Counted from the first letter of the stretch, positions 12,803-25,635 are shown. The stretch is 64,000 nucleotides of DNA from Basidiobolus meristosporus CBS 931.73 (GCA_002104905.1 MCFE01000113.1:1-64000), one strand, 5' to 3'. A program made the numbers and translations. The notes: generated by a model not told the origin, from the letters alone.

Positions 12803-13491
12803 TGGGGCCAAAACGGAGGAAATTAGAAGTCATACCTAGTACCTAGTACTAATCTTAACCACATCCATTAACCTGTCACGAAATCGAGTCATCCCCCACT
12901 CATAGAATTATTTTATAAGAAGCTCATTGTACTTCCATGTTATTTAAAACCTAATAAAACTAGTCCAAATATATCATAAACATCAATACAAGCATGATCA
13001 TTGTGTCGCCAAGCAGCTCAATAAAGTATTATTCAACGACCATGAAAATGGGATGTACCAAAGTATGTCGTAAACATCAGTAGAAGTATGATCGTGGTGG
13101 CGCCAAGTAACCCAATTTGACCGTTGATGCACTAATTTGAAGACTGCGGAGGTACTTCATAGATCTTGAAGTGCCAATTCAAGGCTTCTTGGCCAAGGTT
13201 CAAGTGAACTGAACAGATCAGCTTTTAAACAAGCTTAAAAATCTTCGATCGGGAAAATACTTCTTTGCTGCATATATCCCTTAGATTCTACTGGATTCGG
13301 AACCTACTGCACTGGAGGTAGTAAGAGTCAGGTGAAGTTTAATATGTGGGGAAGTAGATGGATTGAATAACGAATATGCATGATAACAATGATGTTGAAC
13401 CGGAAAGTTTACGTATCCCAATATAAAAATCATTGAATCCCTCCACACAAGAACAAACAACTTGGCTTCTCATCTTTCCTTCTACTCAAAT

Positions 13492-14539
13492 ATGATTCAA
13501 TCTGCTCGCAACTTGTCTGCCAGAATCGAGAATCTAATTTCCAAAACCGCCACCCCATTAAAACCGGCCATTCCAATCATCGCCCGATTCCTACTTGTTG
13601 TCACCTTCTTTGAAGACTCTCTTCGTATTATCGCTCAATGGGCCGATCAGCTGACATACCTTGAAAACTATCGTGGTTTCTACCATGGCGCTAACCATGC
13701 TTTCCTTGGACTCAACGTATTTGTAAGTCAGCTCTATATCTCATGTCCGTTGATACCCATGGCCCACTATGCCACCAAAGAATGCAGATGCATATCCCAA
13801 TCAATTGGCTGCGCTGGGGGGGGGGAAGAAGGAGAAGTGGCAAGTGGAGGGGGATGATGTTGACAACAGCAAATGTGGTATCCAACTCCAATGATGTATA
13901 CGACTGTGCTAACCTCATCGCCTCGCTGTATATTTGTAGATTATGTGCGCCGGCTCAGCGATGGTGATAATGAGAAAGCGTACTGAATACGCCGTGGGCG
14001 GCTTGTTTGGCGTAGTGATCTCGCAGACCATCGGATACGGCCTCTTCTTTGACTTCAACTTCTTCCTGCGCAATGTCAGCATTCTTGGTGGACTGCTGAT
14101 GCTATTGGCAGACTCCATCAACAGCCAGAACGACAAGCGCAAAACCGTGTTCCCAGGACTCCCAACCATCAGCTATACCAACCGGAGCACCTACATCCAG
14201 CTTGCTGGGCGCATCCTCTTGATCTTCCTCTTCATGTCCTTTGTGTTCGCTGGTGAGATGACCCCCCTCAGAGTCGCCGCTTCAGCCATCGGACTTGTTG
14301 CCAGCGCCATGGTTGTCATCGGCTTCAAGGCCAAGTTCTCAGCGCTCTTCCTCGTGCTCTTCCTCTCTGTGTTTAATGTGATCATCAACAACTGGTGGAC
14401 CATCCATCACAACCATCCAACCCGCGACTTTGTCATGTACGACTTCTTCCAGACCTTGAGCATCATGGGCGGTTTGCTGCTGTTGGTTAACTTGGGACCA
14501 GGAGGAATATCTGTCGATGAAAAGAAAAAGAACTACTAG
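13492..14539 (+). CDS. ERV29: SURF4/Erv29 ER cargo receptor, copy B (intron 13723-13939)
   Basis: Same motifs as copy A. The N-terminus MIQSARNLSARIENLISK is diverged; the remainder is near identical. Confidence 0.9.
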
Positions 14540-14954
14540 GATCAATCCGACAAACTAATTTATAGAGTATTTAAAGAGAATAATTTCAACACATAGATAT
14601 ATATATCAAGTAATAAATAAAGGATACTTAGTTGTGACTCGATAATTCCGAGCACATCACGCAAAACCATTGTCACACTAAAATGCACACCGCAAATGAA
14701 GAGCGAACCTGTACGGAGCTTGAATGTCGGTTGCAAGTGATTAGTTGGACGCATCGGCCCATCACATCCAAAATTAGTAAGTTCATGGGAAGTTATCCGA
14801 AGTAGGCATTGCTTTATATCAAAAAAGAAATTTCACCGAGCCACGGTAAGAGTACAATAATGACAATAAAACTGACCAATACTCTTCGCCCACTGTATCT
14901 CCCGGTTGGGTATATCTATCTGGCCATCCAGTCTTACAAGTACGCTACATATTC

Positions 14955-16355
14955 ATGAGTCTGGAGAAACAGCTTGCGAAGATTATCTCCCGCCGAGATG
15001 CCCTTTCTCTGACCAGAAGTCTGGTAGTATCACCAAAGGATAGCGTCGACTTCTCCTCAAATGACTATTTGGGACTTTCGTGCAATCCCAAGCTTCAGGC
15101 CATGTTCAGAGACGAGCTAAATAGCCATATGTCGGCCTTGGGGGCTACCGGTTCCCGCCTTCTGGACGGAAATTCCGAGTTTGCTGAAAGGTTGGAGCAA
15201 GAGATCGCCGAGTTTCACTTGGCCGAAGATGCGCTTTTGTTTAACTCTGGATATGACGCAAATCTAAGTATGTTTGCTACTTTGCCGCAACCTGGTGATG
15301 TGGTTCTTTTTGACGAGTACATTCACGCCAGCGTTCATGATGGCATGAGGGCCTCACGCACCAAACGCCGTCTTTCCTTCAGACACAACGATGTCAAGCA
15401 TCTGGAGGAACTACTGGGCCGGATAGAAATGGACGTCAATGTCTTTGTGGCGGTAGAGGGGGTTTACTCCATGGACGGCGATTTGGCGCGCTTGAAAGAA
15501 ATTGTGCAGTTGAAAAAAATAAGGCCATTTTACATCATTGTTGATGAGGTATGGAATTTCGGTTGATTGGATCCGGGCCTGTTATTCAACCGGTTTTGTT
15601 CCCCACATCAGGCTCATTCAACCGGCTTGTTCGGGGATCAGGGGCGTGGCTATGTCAACGAGCTTGGCCTCGAGGAGGAGGTGTTTGCTCGGCTGCATAC
15701 CTTTGGCAAAGCCATGGGTGCGCATGGAGGTATGTCTGAATGCAATCGAAATCGTGAGCCAGCTAATTAACAGCAACGACTAGCGGTGGTATTAGGGTCC
15801 ACTCTGCTCAAGAAGTACCTTATCAATTATGCTCGTCCATTGATTTATTCTACCTTCATGCCTCATCACAGTCTGGTGGCCATTCAATGCTCCTACCGAA
15901 TCCTGCGCGAGGATGGAGAAAAGGTAAGCATGGGATGAAGGTCAGCTGTCGCCACTTGGTACTCACTCACGTCTGCAGCTTCAGCGCCAAGTCAGATCGC
16001 TGATACGAAGATTTCGTCAAAACGTCGCGATTCCAAAGGAGCTCCTCTTGGACTCGGAGAGCTCTATCCAAGGAATCATCGTGCCAGGTAAGATGCAGCA
16101 CCATTACCCGCAGGCTCAACCACGTTGGTAAATCCCCGAGATTTAGGCAACGACCGGTGCAAACAATTCAGCCAGTACTTGAATGCCAAGGGATTCAACG
16201 TTAAACCCATTAGATCGCCAACAGTCCCAGCTGGTCGGGAACGAGTTAGGATATGTATACATGCGCATAACACCAAACATGAGATCGATGCTCTTTTGAA
16301 AGAAGTCGAAACCTATTTCCGCGGCGAATCAACTACCATCCACGCCAAATTATAA
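14955..16355 (+). CDS. bioF: 8-amino-7-oxononanoate (KAPA) synthase, PLP-dependent, biotin pathway; 4 introns
   Basis: DFSSNDYLGL, GSRLLDG, LLFNSGYDAN, HASVHDG, VEGVYSMDGD, IVDE|AHSTG, HTFGKA and PTVPAGRERVRICIHA. Introns 15549-15611, 15730-15783, 15924-15978 and 16088-16146 all restore the frame. Confidence 0.93.
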
Positions 16356-16555
16356 ACCATGGCTTATTCCCAGCCAAATACCAAAGCACCTCGTAGTATT
16401 TTTTATTATTGTCATATGTCTGCATTAAACGAGGGCTTTCATAAAAACAACGGACTTAGAAGCTGAAGAGCTGGAAAGTTCCTCGCCAGTGTCTTGCAAT
16501 TTCTATGTACTGTTACATCAAGAGTATACGGGTGCTTGCTTCATCTCTATATTGG

Positions 16556-17575
16556 TTAAAGTTGCGTGTTGAAAGCGCTGATCCGATCGATAAACTCTTC
16601 GGTGGTGGTTTTACAAACCAAAGGTTCCTTCTTTCCGGAGAACATCTTTTCGTAAATGTAGTACGCTTCATTCGACTACCGAACGTAAATAATGGTTACC
16701 TACTGCACTGCTGTCAGAAAAATGCGCACTGCTCATACCTCTTCATCGAAATACTGAAGTCTAATCCAGGGCTCCTCCTCAGCCTGTCTTTGTAACTGAG
16801 CCAGAGTGGATTTTCTAAGAGTTGCGGTCTGGTTTGAATCGGCATTTCTTACTTGAACCTAAAAGGAGGCTGGGTCAGTAAGGTAAGTACAGAGAGGACG
16901 CAACACGGCTCAAGGCACCTGAACAGCTTTAGCTTTGACTTCCTCGACTTGCAAGTCCTTATTTTCCTCGTCCAGAACCTTCTTATTGGCCACCTTGATC
17001 TTCTCATCGATCTTGTCAAGGTACTTTAAACTCGGGCGGAACTGAACAGCCCCGCGTACTGGAGACATGTACAACGCACCTATGAGAGTCATTGAGGGAA
17101 TGGAAGCTGAGTTAAGCTGCAGCACGGTCAGAAAAACTCAAAGGCGATTACCGTTTCTAAAGGCGCCGACCATGTAATTCGTCTGAGCAGGAACCAGGGA
17201 AGAGGAGAGTGTCTGCTTATTCATCAAAGAAGCTTTGTTCTGTTTTGTTCCCATTCGCTCGTCCAAGATGGTTTTGAAAGGATCATCGTTTACACCCAAG
17301 CCCAACTCCTCGCCTTTCTCACGATTGTATGTGGGGGCGTTTGTCTCGAGAGGAATGTCGAGCTCGAATATCTGAGATTTTGGCTTAATACGAGCTTGGG
17401 TTGGCCCAGTATTTTTACCAAAGCTGTGGGTGCGAATTGGATATTGAAAAAGGTATAAATGTTGGGCCAATTGTTGCGATAAGTATACATCAATCTCTTG
17501 AACAACCTCGTCCTCCTCCATGTTCTCGGACGCGACGTTGTCTACATCCATGTGCTCGCTCTTTACTTCACTCAT
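16556..17575 (-). CDS. RPC37: RNA polymerase III subunit Rpc37/RPC5 (Sin-like); 3 introns
   Basis: DEVVQEIDVYLSQQL...LYLFQYP, ARIKPKS, YMVGAFRNG|ALYMSPVRGAVQFRPSLKYLD and EEEPWIRLQY. Introns 17151-17079, 16918-16859 and 16738-16676; stop TAA 16558-16556. Confidence 0.88.
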
Positions 17576-18356
17576 TCTTACACTATAAACAAGGCTCTGT
17601 ACAAACACTCACTAATATGGCGCCACCACAGTGTAAAATGAAAAAGAATTTTTTTTTCCGGCATTGATGCTCATGTATCCTCAATCCTCATCCACATGAA
17701 TTCGAATCATGTATATCCACATGCTTATCTTAAACATCAATTTTATCTCACCAAACACCCATCCACCCATTCACCCCACCATCACACTTGACTCATCTCT
17801 CGGCACTGGTTATCGAAGCAAGCATCTAATTTCGGGGAAAATTAATGAAGCAAAGCTTCTCTGAAACCAGCAAGGGGCTCTGGGAAGCCAACATATTGCA
17901 CCCGACAGAACCAGGGTTAATAATGTACAGCTGCCCCTGAGAAAGCAAATCCTGGCCAACCGTGTGCTGCGTAGCGTATGCTGAACCATGTCCAGCCCAT
18001 GATTGTTCAGATATAATGAACAAGAACGAGGAGAGGTTTCATCTGCCTGGACAAGAGGTTACATAATCCGGTTGTGAGCCAGGATTATTTATTGTTTGAA
18101 ATAGGGTTTCAACGCATAACGGACGATCTTGGCTCCCGTCGAAGCAAGCTCTAATTCGCACCCCTTTCTGCCCATTCTTATGAATGGCATCTGATCGGTG
18201 GATGAATTACTGCATGTATTGTTGCACTTCAAATGTGCTTCAATTCAAGGATCACATTGACGGCCCCAGAAGGATATATAACTGGGCGATGGCCAGAGAG
18301 AAAGCCTCGATTTACCCTACGCGCCCTCTCCTATACCACCAAATCCTGTCTCCACC

Positions 18357-19670
18357 ATGGGTTGTTGTGTCAGTCAAGAGAACATCGAGGAAAGGCGGAA
18401 GAACGATGAGATCGAGAACCAAATAAAGAAGGACAAAATCTCTTTGCGGAACGAGATTAAAATGCTTCTCCTAGGTAAATCAGCAGTCCTTTCTCTACCC
18501 TGTGACTGGTAATAAACATTCAAACTAGGCGCCGGTGAGTCGGGAAAGAGTACCATCTTGAAGCAAATGAAGCTTATCCACGACGGCGGGTACACAGCGG
18601 GCGAGCGAGAATCGTACCGAGAGATCATCTTCTCCAACACCATTCAATCCATGAGAGTGATCCTTGTTGCCATGGACAAAATGAGCATCCAGCTGGCTAA
18701 TCCGGAAAACGCCTCTCACGTCCAAGTGATCATGGATTTGCCCACAAGCTTCATGCTGCCACCTGAGGGCGGTCTATTTCCCTTGGAGGTCTCTGATGCC
18801 ATCAAGGTCTTATGGCTGGATGATGGGGTTCAGAGTTGCTTCCAGCGGTCCAGAGAATACCAATTGAACGACTCGGCGAAATAGTAAGTGGTGCTCTTAC
18901 CGATCTTATGAACGTATTGCTAAACTTGTCTTTTGCTTGAAGCTACTTCGACTCGATTGACCGCATATCCCAGCCAGAGTATATCCCAGACGATCAGGAT
19001 GTGCTGCGGTCCCGTGTGAAGACAACAGGGATCACTGAAACTACCTTCAGAATAGGCGAGCTTGTATACCGTATGCTGGACGTTGGTGGCCAACGCTCAG
19101 AACGAAAGAAGTGGATCCACTGCTTCGAAAATGTCACAGCCATTGTATTCATGGTCGCCATAAGTGAGTATGACCAAACTTTAGCTGAAGACGAGTCTGT
19201 GGTAAGCAATGAAACCTTCCCACTGGTTTACCCCGCACACTCCTGACCTGGCTTTCCAACAGAATCGTATGCAGGAGTCATTAACGTTGTTCGACTCTAT
19301 CTGCAATTCCCGGTGGTTTGTGCGAACCTCCATCATCTTATTCCTCAATAAGATTGATTTGTTCAAAGAGAAACTCGCTATCTCTCCGCTGAGCAACTTC
19401 TTTCCTGACTTTGAGGGTACGCGTCGTTCAATTGGCCCATCCCACCGCACAACATGGCTCGGTTCTAATTCTATTAATGTAGGTCCGTCCAATTATGATG
19501 CCGCATGTGACTACATAATGGAGCGGTTTATGTCACTGAACAAGACAGATCTCAAGCAGCTCTACGCGCACTTGACCTGTGCTACAGACACTGCGCAGAT
19601 AAAATTTGTGATGGCTGCGGTGAACGACATCGTGGTTCAGGGGAACCTTCGGGACTGTGGCCTGTTATAG
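18357..19670 (+). CDS. Heterotrimeric G protein alpha subunit, group I (Gi-like); 4 introns
   Basis: MGCC lipidation start, LLLG|AGESGKST P-loop, [31 protein letters not shown] and TCATDT. C-terminus LRDCGLL has Cys at -4. Introns 18475-18528, 18884-18942, 19202-19262 and 19417-19482. Confidence 0.96.
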
Positions 19671-19831
19671 AATCTCACTTCATTGTGCATCCCCACCACA
19701 TTAATAGAACATTAATATCATTTTAGTGTAAATATATGCTATAAATCAATAATCTTGAGTAAATGCGGTTTATGATGCAGATTAATTATGTACATTGATG
19801 AGCTGAGCTATTCAGCTTTGTGATGCCAGAT

Positions 19832-21421
19832 TCAAGAGTTGATGGATATCTGCATGGAAAACTTGTGAACGTTTCGTTTGACGCCCCCTTTGCCGCCAGC
19901 CCTTCGCTTTGAAGGGGTGTGAATTACTTTGGCAAACTGAGGGGAAGATCTGTATGTAAGGTGTTCGAATGTTCTAGAGTAGGGTGAGATAGTGTGGTTG
20001 GAGTTCATTAATGACGCAAGCTGCGCTGCCACTGCGTTTTCCGAAGGCTGTAGGGTCACTTCCCCCTCCGGTTCGTCAGCGACACTTGGCTCACTTGAGT
20101 AATCAAACTCCTGGCTGAATGTTGGACTGGTCGGTGCTGTGTATGAGATGGGGGAGTCGCGAAGGGGTTCGAATGGTGGAGTCGAGTACTTTACCCTTCT
20201 CTTACGGGTGGCTCCACGTGAGATCCTCCCATCGGAGTATTTCTCCGGACCCAGAAAATCGGGTAATGACATAGTAGAGGGAATGGAGGTGAATCTAGGT
20301 CTTCTGTTCGGTGTTCCACAGAGACTATGTGAATGGTAGATAAACGGACGAGGCTTGGGGTTTGGGTTATTGAAGAGTTCGTCCGACATGAATAGCTTTT
20401 TCAGGCCTTGCTCTTGATGCAATCCGCTTAAACTGTGACATGCCTCTGCGGTAGGCGTGAGGCATCCAGACTCATAGCCCTCATCACTGCAATCATCGTT
20501 ACCTCTCCATTTCGTATGATATGAATTGGACGAAAGCGAAGTGGCTACCGAGTAGTCGCTCTCGCTGCTGTAGGAAGAGTACGACCGGTAGCGTGATCGT
20601 CTGATATCTGCGGTCAGATCCGGCAATGGCTGTGTATCAAACGTAGGTTTGGCTGGCTCCTCCGGTGGTATGCTCTCAGGTTTGGGCTGGCTCTTCTTGT
20701 TTAGGAATTTCTGGGACAACTCGTGAACCATGGTAGGCATTTGCTCTTGCATCATCCTACGCATCTGTGTCTCGATTTCCCGTTGCAGGAAATTACGGAT
20801 TGCGGGGACGTTGTCGAATGTAGAGCTTACTTCCACGTTTTCTAGTGGGTCGTTCTTGAATACCAGAGTTACGCCCTTGTGTTTGTCCACCACCAGGACG
20901 ATGATTCCTCGAAGTCTCAGGTTTCGTAGACTGAGCTTCATAGGGACCACAAGAGGTTGATCGGCAGCCAGGATATTCCACCTAGACCCGATAGAACCGA
21001 ATATCGATTCGTTTTGCATGGCATTGACCGGGTTTGCCTAGGTACATCAATATAAATTATACAGTCGGGTTAAGGGCATTTACTGAAGTTACGCACTTGA
21101 ACTTTGGTCTGCAGAGCGACGTAAGCATCCCCGGCATACACCAACTTGAAAATGCCTCGGAATTTGTCTTCTGCTAATTCCCCGATTTCTAGGATTTCCA
21201 ACTCCGGAGGCTATTGAAGAGGTGAAACTGGTTAGTAAAGGGCCAGTATAACGAAGTACGGTAGGGATGTTTACCTTCGTTCCCAAATGGAGCTCGCTCA
21301 CCTCTATGCGACCAACGATGTTGGCAGGCTTGGAGCCTTTGTTCAGGGCAACAGTAAGGAGCTTCTTCGCCTCATCCAAGAATTCCTGGTTGAATTCGGC
21401 CCAGTTAAATTTAAAGGCCAT
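19832..21421 (-). CDS. MDM34: ERMES subunit Mdm34 (N-terminal SMP domain, disordered C-terminus); 2 introns
   Basis: MAFKFNW start, LGTK|[26 protein letters not shown]|[18 protein letters not shown] and [25 protein letters not shown]. Introns 21274-21211 and 21096-21038. Confidence 0.93.
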
Positions 21422-22125
21422 TAGAGTTAACGTGACAAATAAGAGGGGCGACTATTAACCCAAGCGAAATCCAATATTTAAAGGAAGGAGAGAAAATTGA
21501 CGGTTTCAAATCGCGTTCAATTCGGGTAGGTTGGATGTTTTATATCAAGTGGGGAACGGATTTGGTTTGGGGAATGGAGATCGCTGTACCTGCTACGCAA
21601 TGCCATTCATAGATTGGATTTCCTTTAAACGGCAAAATGGGAATTTTTTCTCGCCATCCATTCAATTGGACCAAGGGGGCTTCTCCTCGGTTGTCTCACG
21701 TGAACTTCCTGGGTGTTCCTTGCTTTGGTACGACTGGGGCTTCCAATGAAATCCCGCCATCCTCCCGAGTATGATTCTCTTCTCGACGGATTGCGGAGCC
21801 GTGATTTTGCAAAACTTTTCTCCAAACTCCATGAGGTTGGTGGTCCGTAGCATCTGCGTGAAATCGGAGGTGCCATGGATTGCGCCCCATTTCGCGTAGT
21901 ATGGGGAATGTCCACCCAATCGGTGCATGCAATAGGGTGGCAGCCTGGAGTGGCACGAATATAACGTAAATGGTCAAAATGCATGGTAAAGTGTGTTTAT
22001 TAAATCAATCATAGGGATTGGTTCGACAAATGGGTGCTTCCATGTCAAATCGTCAATCCGCTTAGATTGGAGTTAGGTAGGGTATGTTGTTGAGTTTCCT
22101 AGTATTCGTTGGCATTGTCACCGGT

Positions 22126-24852
22126 TTAGTAGCCACCGCCTTTCTGGCCAACTTTGTCCGAAATCAAATCTCCGTTGCCTTTACTGCCTCCGCCTGCGGA
22201 ACCGTAGCCATTATCACCATTGCCGCCTTTGCCTCCACCACCTACTGAGCCATACCCATTGTTGCCTTTATCACTCTTCCCTCCACCACCAGCGGAACCG
22301 TAACCGCTGTCACCGCCGCTTCCCTTGCCTCCACCTCTTATGGATCCATTGCCGTTGTTGCCTTTACCTCCGCTGCCAACTGAGCCATAGCCATTGTCAC
22401 CCTTACCGCCCTTGCCTCCACTACCCACAGAACCATTGTCACCTTTGACTCCACCGCCAACTGATCCATAGCCGTTGTCCCCATTGCCATGGTCTCCGTT
22501 ACCGCCTTTACCTCCACCTCCAACTGAGCTATAGCCGTTATCGCCTTTAACGTGATCTCCTTTAGCACCTTTACCGCCACCACCTACGGATCCATAGCCG
22601 TTGTCACCTTTACCGTGACCGCCTTTGTCGCCTTTACCATGATCACCTTTACCGCCATCACCTACAGAGCCGTAGCCGTTGTCGCCTTTACCGTGGCCGC
22701 CTTTGCCGCCACCACCCACGGATCCATAGCCGTTGTCACCTTTACCGCCGCCGCCTACAGAGCCGTAGCCGTTGTCACCTTTACCGTGGCCGCCTTTGTC
22801 GCCTTTACCATGATCACCTTTGCCACCACCACCTACAGAGCCGTAGTCGTTGTCGCCTTTACCGTGACCACCTTTGCCACCACCACCTACAGAACCGTAG
22901 TCGTTGTCACCTTTACCGTGACCACCTTTACCGCCGCCACCTACAGAGCCGTAGCCGTTGTCGCCTTTACCGTGACCACCTTTACCACCACCACCTACAG
23001 AGCCGTAGCCGTTGTCGCCTTTATCGTGACCACCTTTGCCACCTTTGCCACCACCACCTACAGAGCCGTAGCCGTTGTCGTCTTTATCGTGACCACCTTT
23101 GCCACCTTTGCCACCACCACCTACAGAACCGTAGTCGTTGTCGCCTTTACCGTGACCACCTTTACCGCCACCACCTACAGAGCCGTAGCCGTTGTCGCCT
23201 TTATCGTGACCACCTTTGCCACCTTTGCCACCACCACCTACAGAACCGTAGTCGTTGTCGCCTTTACCGTGACCACCTTTACCACCACCACCTACAGAGC
23301 CGTAGCCGTTGTCGCCTTTACCGTGGCCACCTTTACCGCCACCACCTACAGAGCCGTAGCCGTTGTCGCCTTTACCGTGGCCACCTTTACCGCCACCACC
23401 TACAGAGCCGTAGCCGTTGTCGCCTTTACCGTGGCCACCTTTACCGCCACCACCTACAGAGCCGTAGCCGTTGTCGCCTTTACCGTGGCCACCTTTACCG
23501 CCACCACCTACAGAGCCGTAGCCGTTGTCGTCTTTATCGTGACCACCTTTGCCACCTTTGCCACCACCACCTACAGAACCGTAGTCGTTGTCGCCTTTAC
23601 CGTGACCACCTTTACCGCCACCACCTACAGAACCGTAGTCGTTGTCGCCTTTACCGTGACCACCTTTACCGCCACCACCTACAGAGCCGTAGCCGTTGTC
23701 GCCTTTATCGTGACTACCTTTGCCACCTTTGCCACCACCACCTACAGAGCCGTAGCCGTTGTCGCCTTTACCGTGGCCACCTTTACCACCACCACCTACA
23801 GAGCCGTAGCCGTTGTCGCCTTTATCGTGACCACCTTTGCCACCTTTGCCACCACCACCTACAGAGCCGTAGCCGTTGTCGCCTTTACCGTGACCACCTT
23901 TACCGCCACCACCTACAGAGCCGTAGCCGTTGTCGCCTTTATCGTGACCACCTTTGCCACCACCACCTACAGAGCCGTAGTCGTTGTCGCCTTTACCGTG
24001 ACCACCTTTGCCACCACCACCTACAGAACCGTAGTCGTTGTCACCTTTACCGTGACCACCTTTACCGCCGCCACCTACAGAGCCGTAGCCGTTGTCGCCT
24101 TTACCGTGACCACCTTTACCACCACCACCTACAGAGCCGTAGCCGTTGTCGCCTTTACCGTGACCACCTTTACCGCCACCACCTACAGAGCCGTAGCCGT
24201 TGTCGCCTTTATCGTGACCACCTTTGCCACCTTTGCCACCACCACCTACAGAGCCGTAGTCGTTGCCGCCTTTACCGTGACCACCTTTGCCACCACCACC
24301 TACAGAACCGTAGTCGTTGTCACCTTTACCGTGACCACCTTTACCGCCACCACCTACAGAGCCGTAGTCGTTGTCGCCTTTACCGTGACCACCTTTACCA
24401 CCACCACCTACAGAGCCGTAGCCGTTGTCACCTTTACCATGATCACCTTTGCTACCCTTGCCTCCACCGCCTACAGAGCCGTAGTCGTTGTCACCTTTAC
24501 TGTGACCACCTTTACCGCCGCCACCTACCGAGCCATAGCCGTTGTCACCTTTACCACCGCCACCAGTCGATGGCTTATGGCAATCATTTTCGTCGCATTG
24601 AAAACCGAGCTCCTTTGCACTCCTAACCAGTGTGGGACAGTCTTGCTTATTGGGTTGAGACAAACTGGATGGGAATTTCGAAACATCAATAGTATCACAG
24701 GATTTTCCTTGAGCAGATACACCGTATGCGCCCAATCCCGAGACGACCCCTTTACAGTATTCGCGGCATAATTTCGGATCCGGAATGCTCACAGTACCAA
24801 CGACAGTCAAGCATGAGATGACCAAAAGCGCTTTTAATGCAGAGACCTTCAT
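22126..24852 (-). CDS. Secreted Gly/Lys/His/Tyr-rich repeat protein 1 (908 aa): signal peptide + six-Cys domain + about 43 repeats
   Basis: MKVSALKALLVISCLTVVGTVS signal-like N-terminus, then a C-x3-C-x18-C-x19-C-x13-C-x4-C domain, then GGGGKGGHGKGDN(G/D)YGSV units. Single uninterrupted ORF. Confidence 0.85.
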   Translation of the reverse strand: MKVSALKALLVISCLTVVGTVSIPDPKLCREYCKGVVSGLGAYGVSAQGKSCDTIDVSKFPSSLSQPNKQDCPTLVRSAKELGFQCDENDCHKPSTGGGGKGDNGYGSVGGGGKGGHSKGDNDYGSVGGGGKGSKGDHGKGDNGYGSVGGGGKGGHGKGDNDYGSVGGGGKGGHGKGDNDYGSVGGGGKGGHGKGGNDYGSVGGGGKGGKGGHDKGDNGYGSVGGGGKGGHGKGDNGYGSVGGGGKGGHGKGDNGYGSVGGGGKGGHGKGDNDYGSVGGGGKGGHGKGDNDYGSVGGGGKGGHDKGDNGYGSVGGGGKGGHGKGDNGYGSVGGGGKGGKGGHDKGDNGYGSVGGGGKGGHGKGDNGYGSVGGGGKGGKGSHDKGDNGYGSVGGGGKGGHGKGDNDYGSVGGGGKGGHGKGDNDYGSVGGGGKGGKGGHDKDDNGYGSVGGGGKGGHGKGDNGYGSVGGGGKGGHGKGDNGYGSVGGGGKGGHGKGDNGYGSVGGGGKGGHGKGDNGYGSVGGGGKGGHGKGDNDYGSVGGGGKGGKGGHDKGDNGYGSVGGGGKGGHGKGDNDYGSVGGGGKGGKGGHDKDDNGYGSVGGGGKGGKGGHDKGDNGYGSVGGGGKGGHGKGDNGYGSVGGGGKGGHGKGDNDYGSVGGGGKGGHGKGDNDYGSVGGGGKGDHGKGDKGGHGKGDNGYGSVGGGGKGDNGYGSVGGGGKGGHGKGDNGYGSVGDGGKGDHGKGDKGGHGKGDNGYGSVGGGGKGAKGDHVKGDNGYSSVGGGGKGGNGDHGNGDNGYGSVGGGVKGDNGSVGSGGKGGKGDNGYGSVGSGGKGNNGNGSIRGGGKGSGGDSGYGSAGGGGKSDKGNNGYGSVGGGGKGGNGDNGYGSAGGGSKGNGDLISDKVGQKGGGY
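22160..24562 (-). repeat. Coding tandem array, 54-bp unit (63-bp variants with an extra GKG)
   Basis: Plus-strand unit approximately acctacagagccgtagccgttgtcgcctttaccgtggccacctttaccgccacc. Units are homogeneous centrally and degenerate at the ends; array boundaries are approximate. Confidence 0.95.
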
Positions 24853-24859
24853 CCTGATG

Positions 24860-25480
24860 AAGTAGATTAAAGAGGAAAGTTTAGAAAAGTTGGCTAGTGT
24901 GACGGAAGTCAATAAGAAGCACAATTATGAAAGTTGAAGCGAAGGTGATGTGATGAACTGAAATGCTAACTTGTCTTTCTTGCAAGAAAGTTCTGGCTGA
25001 TTTATAGCTGTCAGTTGGGTTTATTTGTTACACCGAAATCTTGTGCTCCTGGATGCCTGCCCCGTAAATGATTCCCAGTTCATTTAGTGCATTGCGTGAG
25101 CATGATACTTCTTCTGGTGTAGAGCATCGGTCACTTGTCCATTTATGGCTAGAATTGAAGACTGCATATATCAGAGTTAAACCCTTCATCTTATCCACAC
25201 CTCGTAGAGCACTGCGTCCAACTATCCAACCATGCCCCCAGACTGACATTATCAAGGAGGGATTGATCATTTGTCACAGGAAATTAATTGGTTTGTCAGA
25301 ATGGATCAGTGGATGGGCGGTTGGGTGGCTATTATTAGATCTTGCTAGCGGATGATGAGAAAGGTAAAAAGCGACAGGGACAAATGAGCAATTAGGTAGC
25401 AGAATAGGGGACCTCGAGATGTGGATTAGATTGTGTCGGCCAGGCAGAATTTTTCTTTCATTATCGCCAAGACTTTTGCA
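24860..25480 (-). promoter_or_regulatory. Upstream region of repeat gene 1, homologous to about 28990-29560 and 30130-30690
   Basis: Shared blocks such as gtgatgaactga..atgct..cttgtctttcttg, ttgtcacaggaaatt and ggctattattagat. TATAAA on minus at 25001-25006. Boundaries approximate. Confidence 0.6.
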
Positions 25481-25635
25481 AGAACCACTAGCACCAAGGC
25501 TTGTGTGCGCATGGTGATGGGCCAATCTTCGCTTGTCAGGCTGATAAGCCGAGATACCGCTCGGGCTACGAAATGCTGTTTCGTACGGATCCTAGATTTA
25601 ACAGCTCTTTAACTACGAACTACTAGATGTCATTC

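Noticed and set aside
21625-21984. Three overlapping minus-strand ORFs between MDM34 and repeat gene 1
   Set aside because: No recognisable motifs or consistent splice structure; likely promoter/terminator DNA.
22160-24562. Regular array as a possible CRISPR
   Set aside because: No unique spacers, units are multiples of 3 inside an ORF, eukaryotic context and no cas genes.
22552-24771. 739-aa plus-strand Thr/Val/Ala/Phe-rich ORF (also 28348-28818)
   Set aside because: Antisense shadow of the Gly-rich coding array; the minus strand has the signal peptide, the Cys domain and a paralog.
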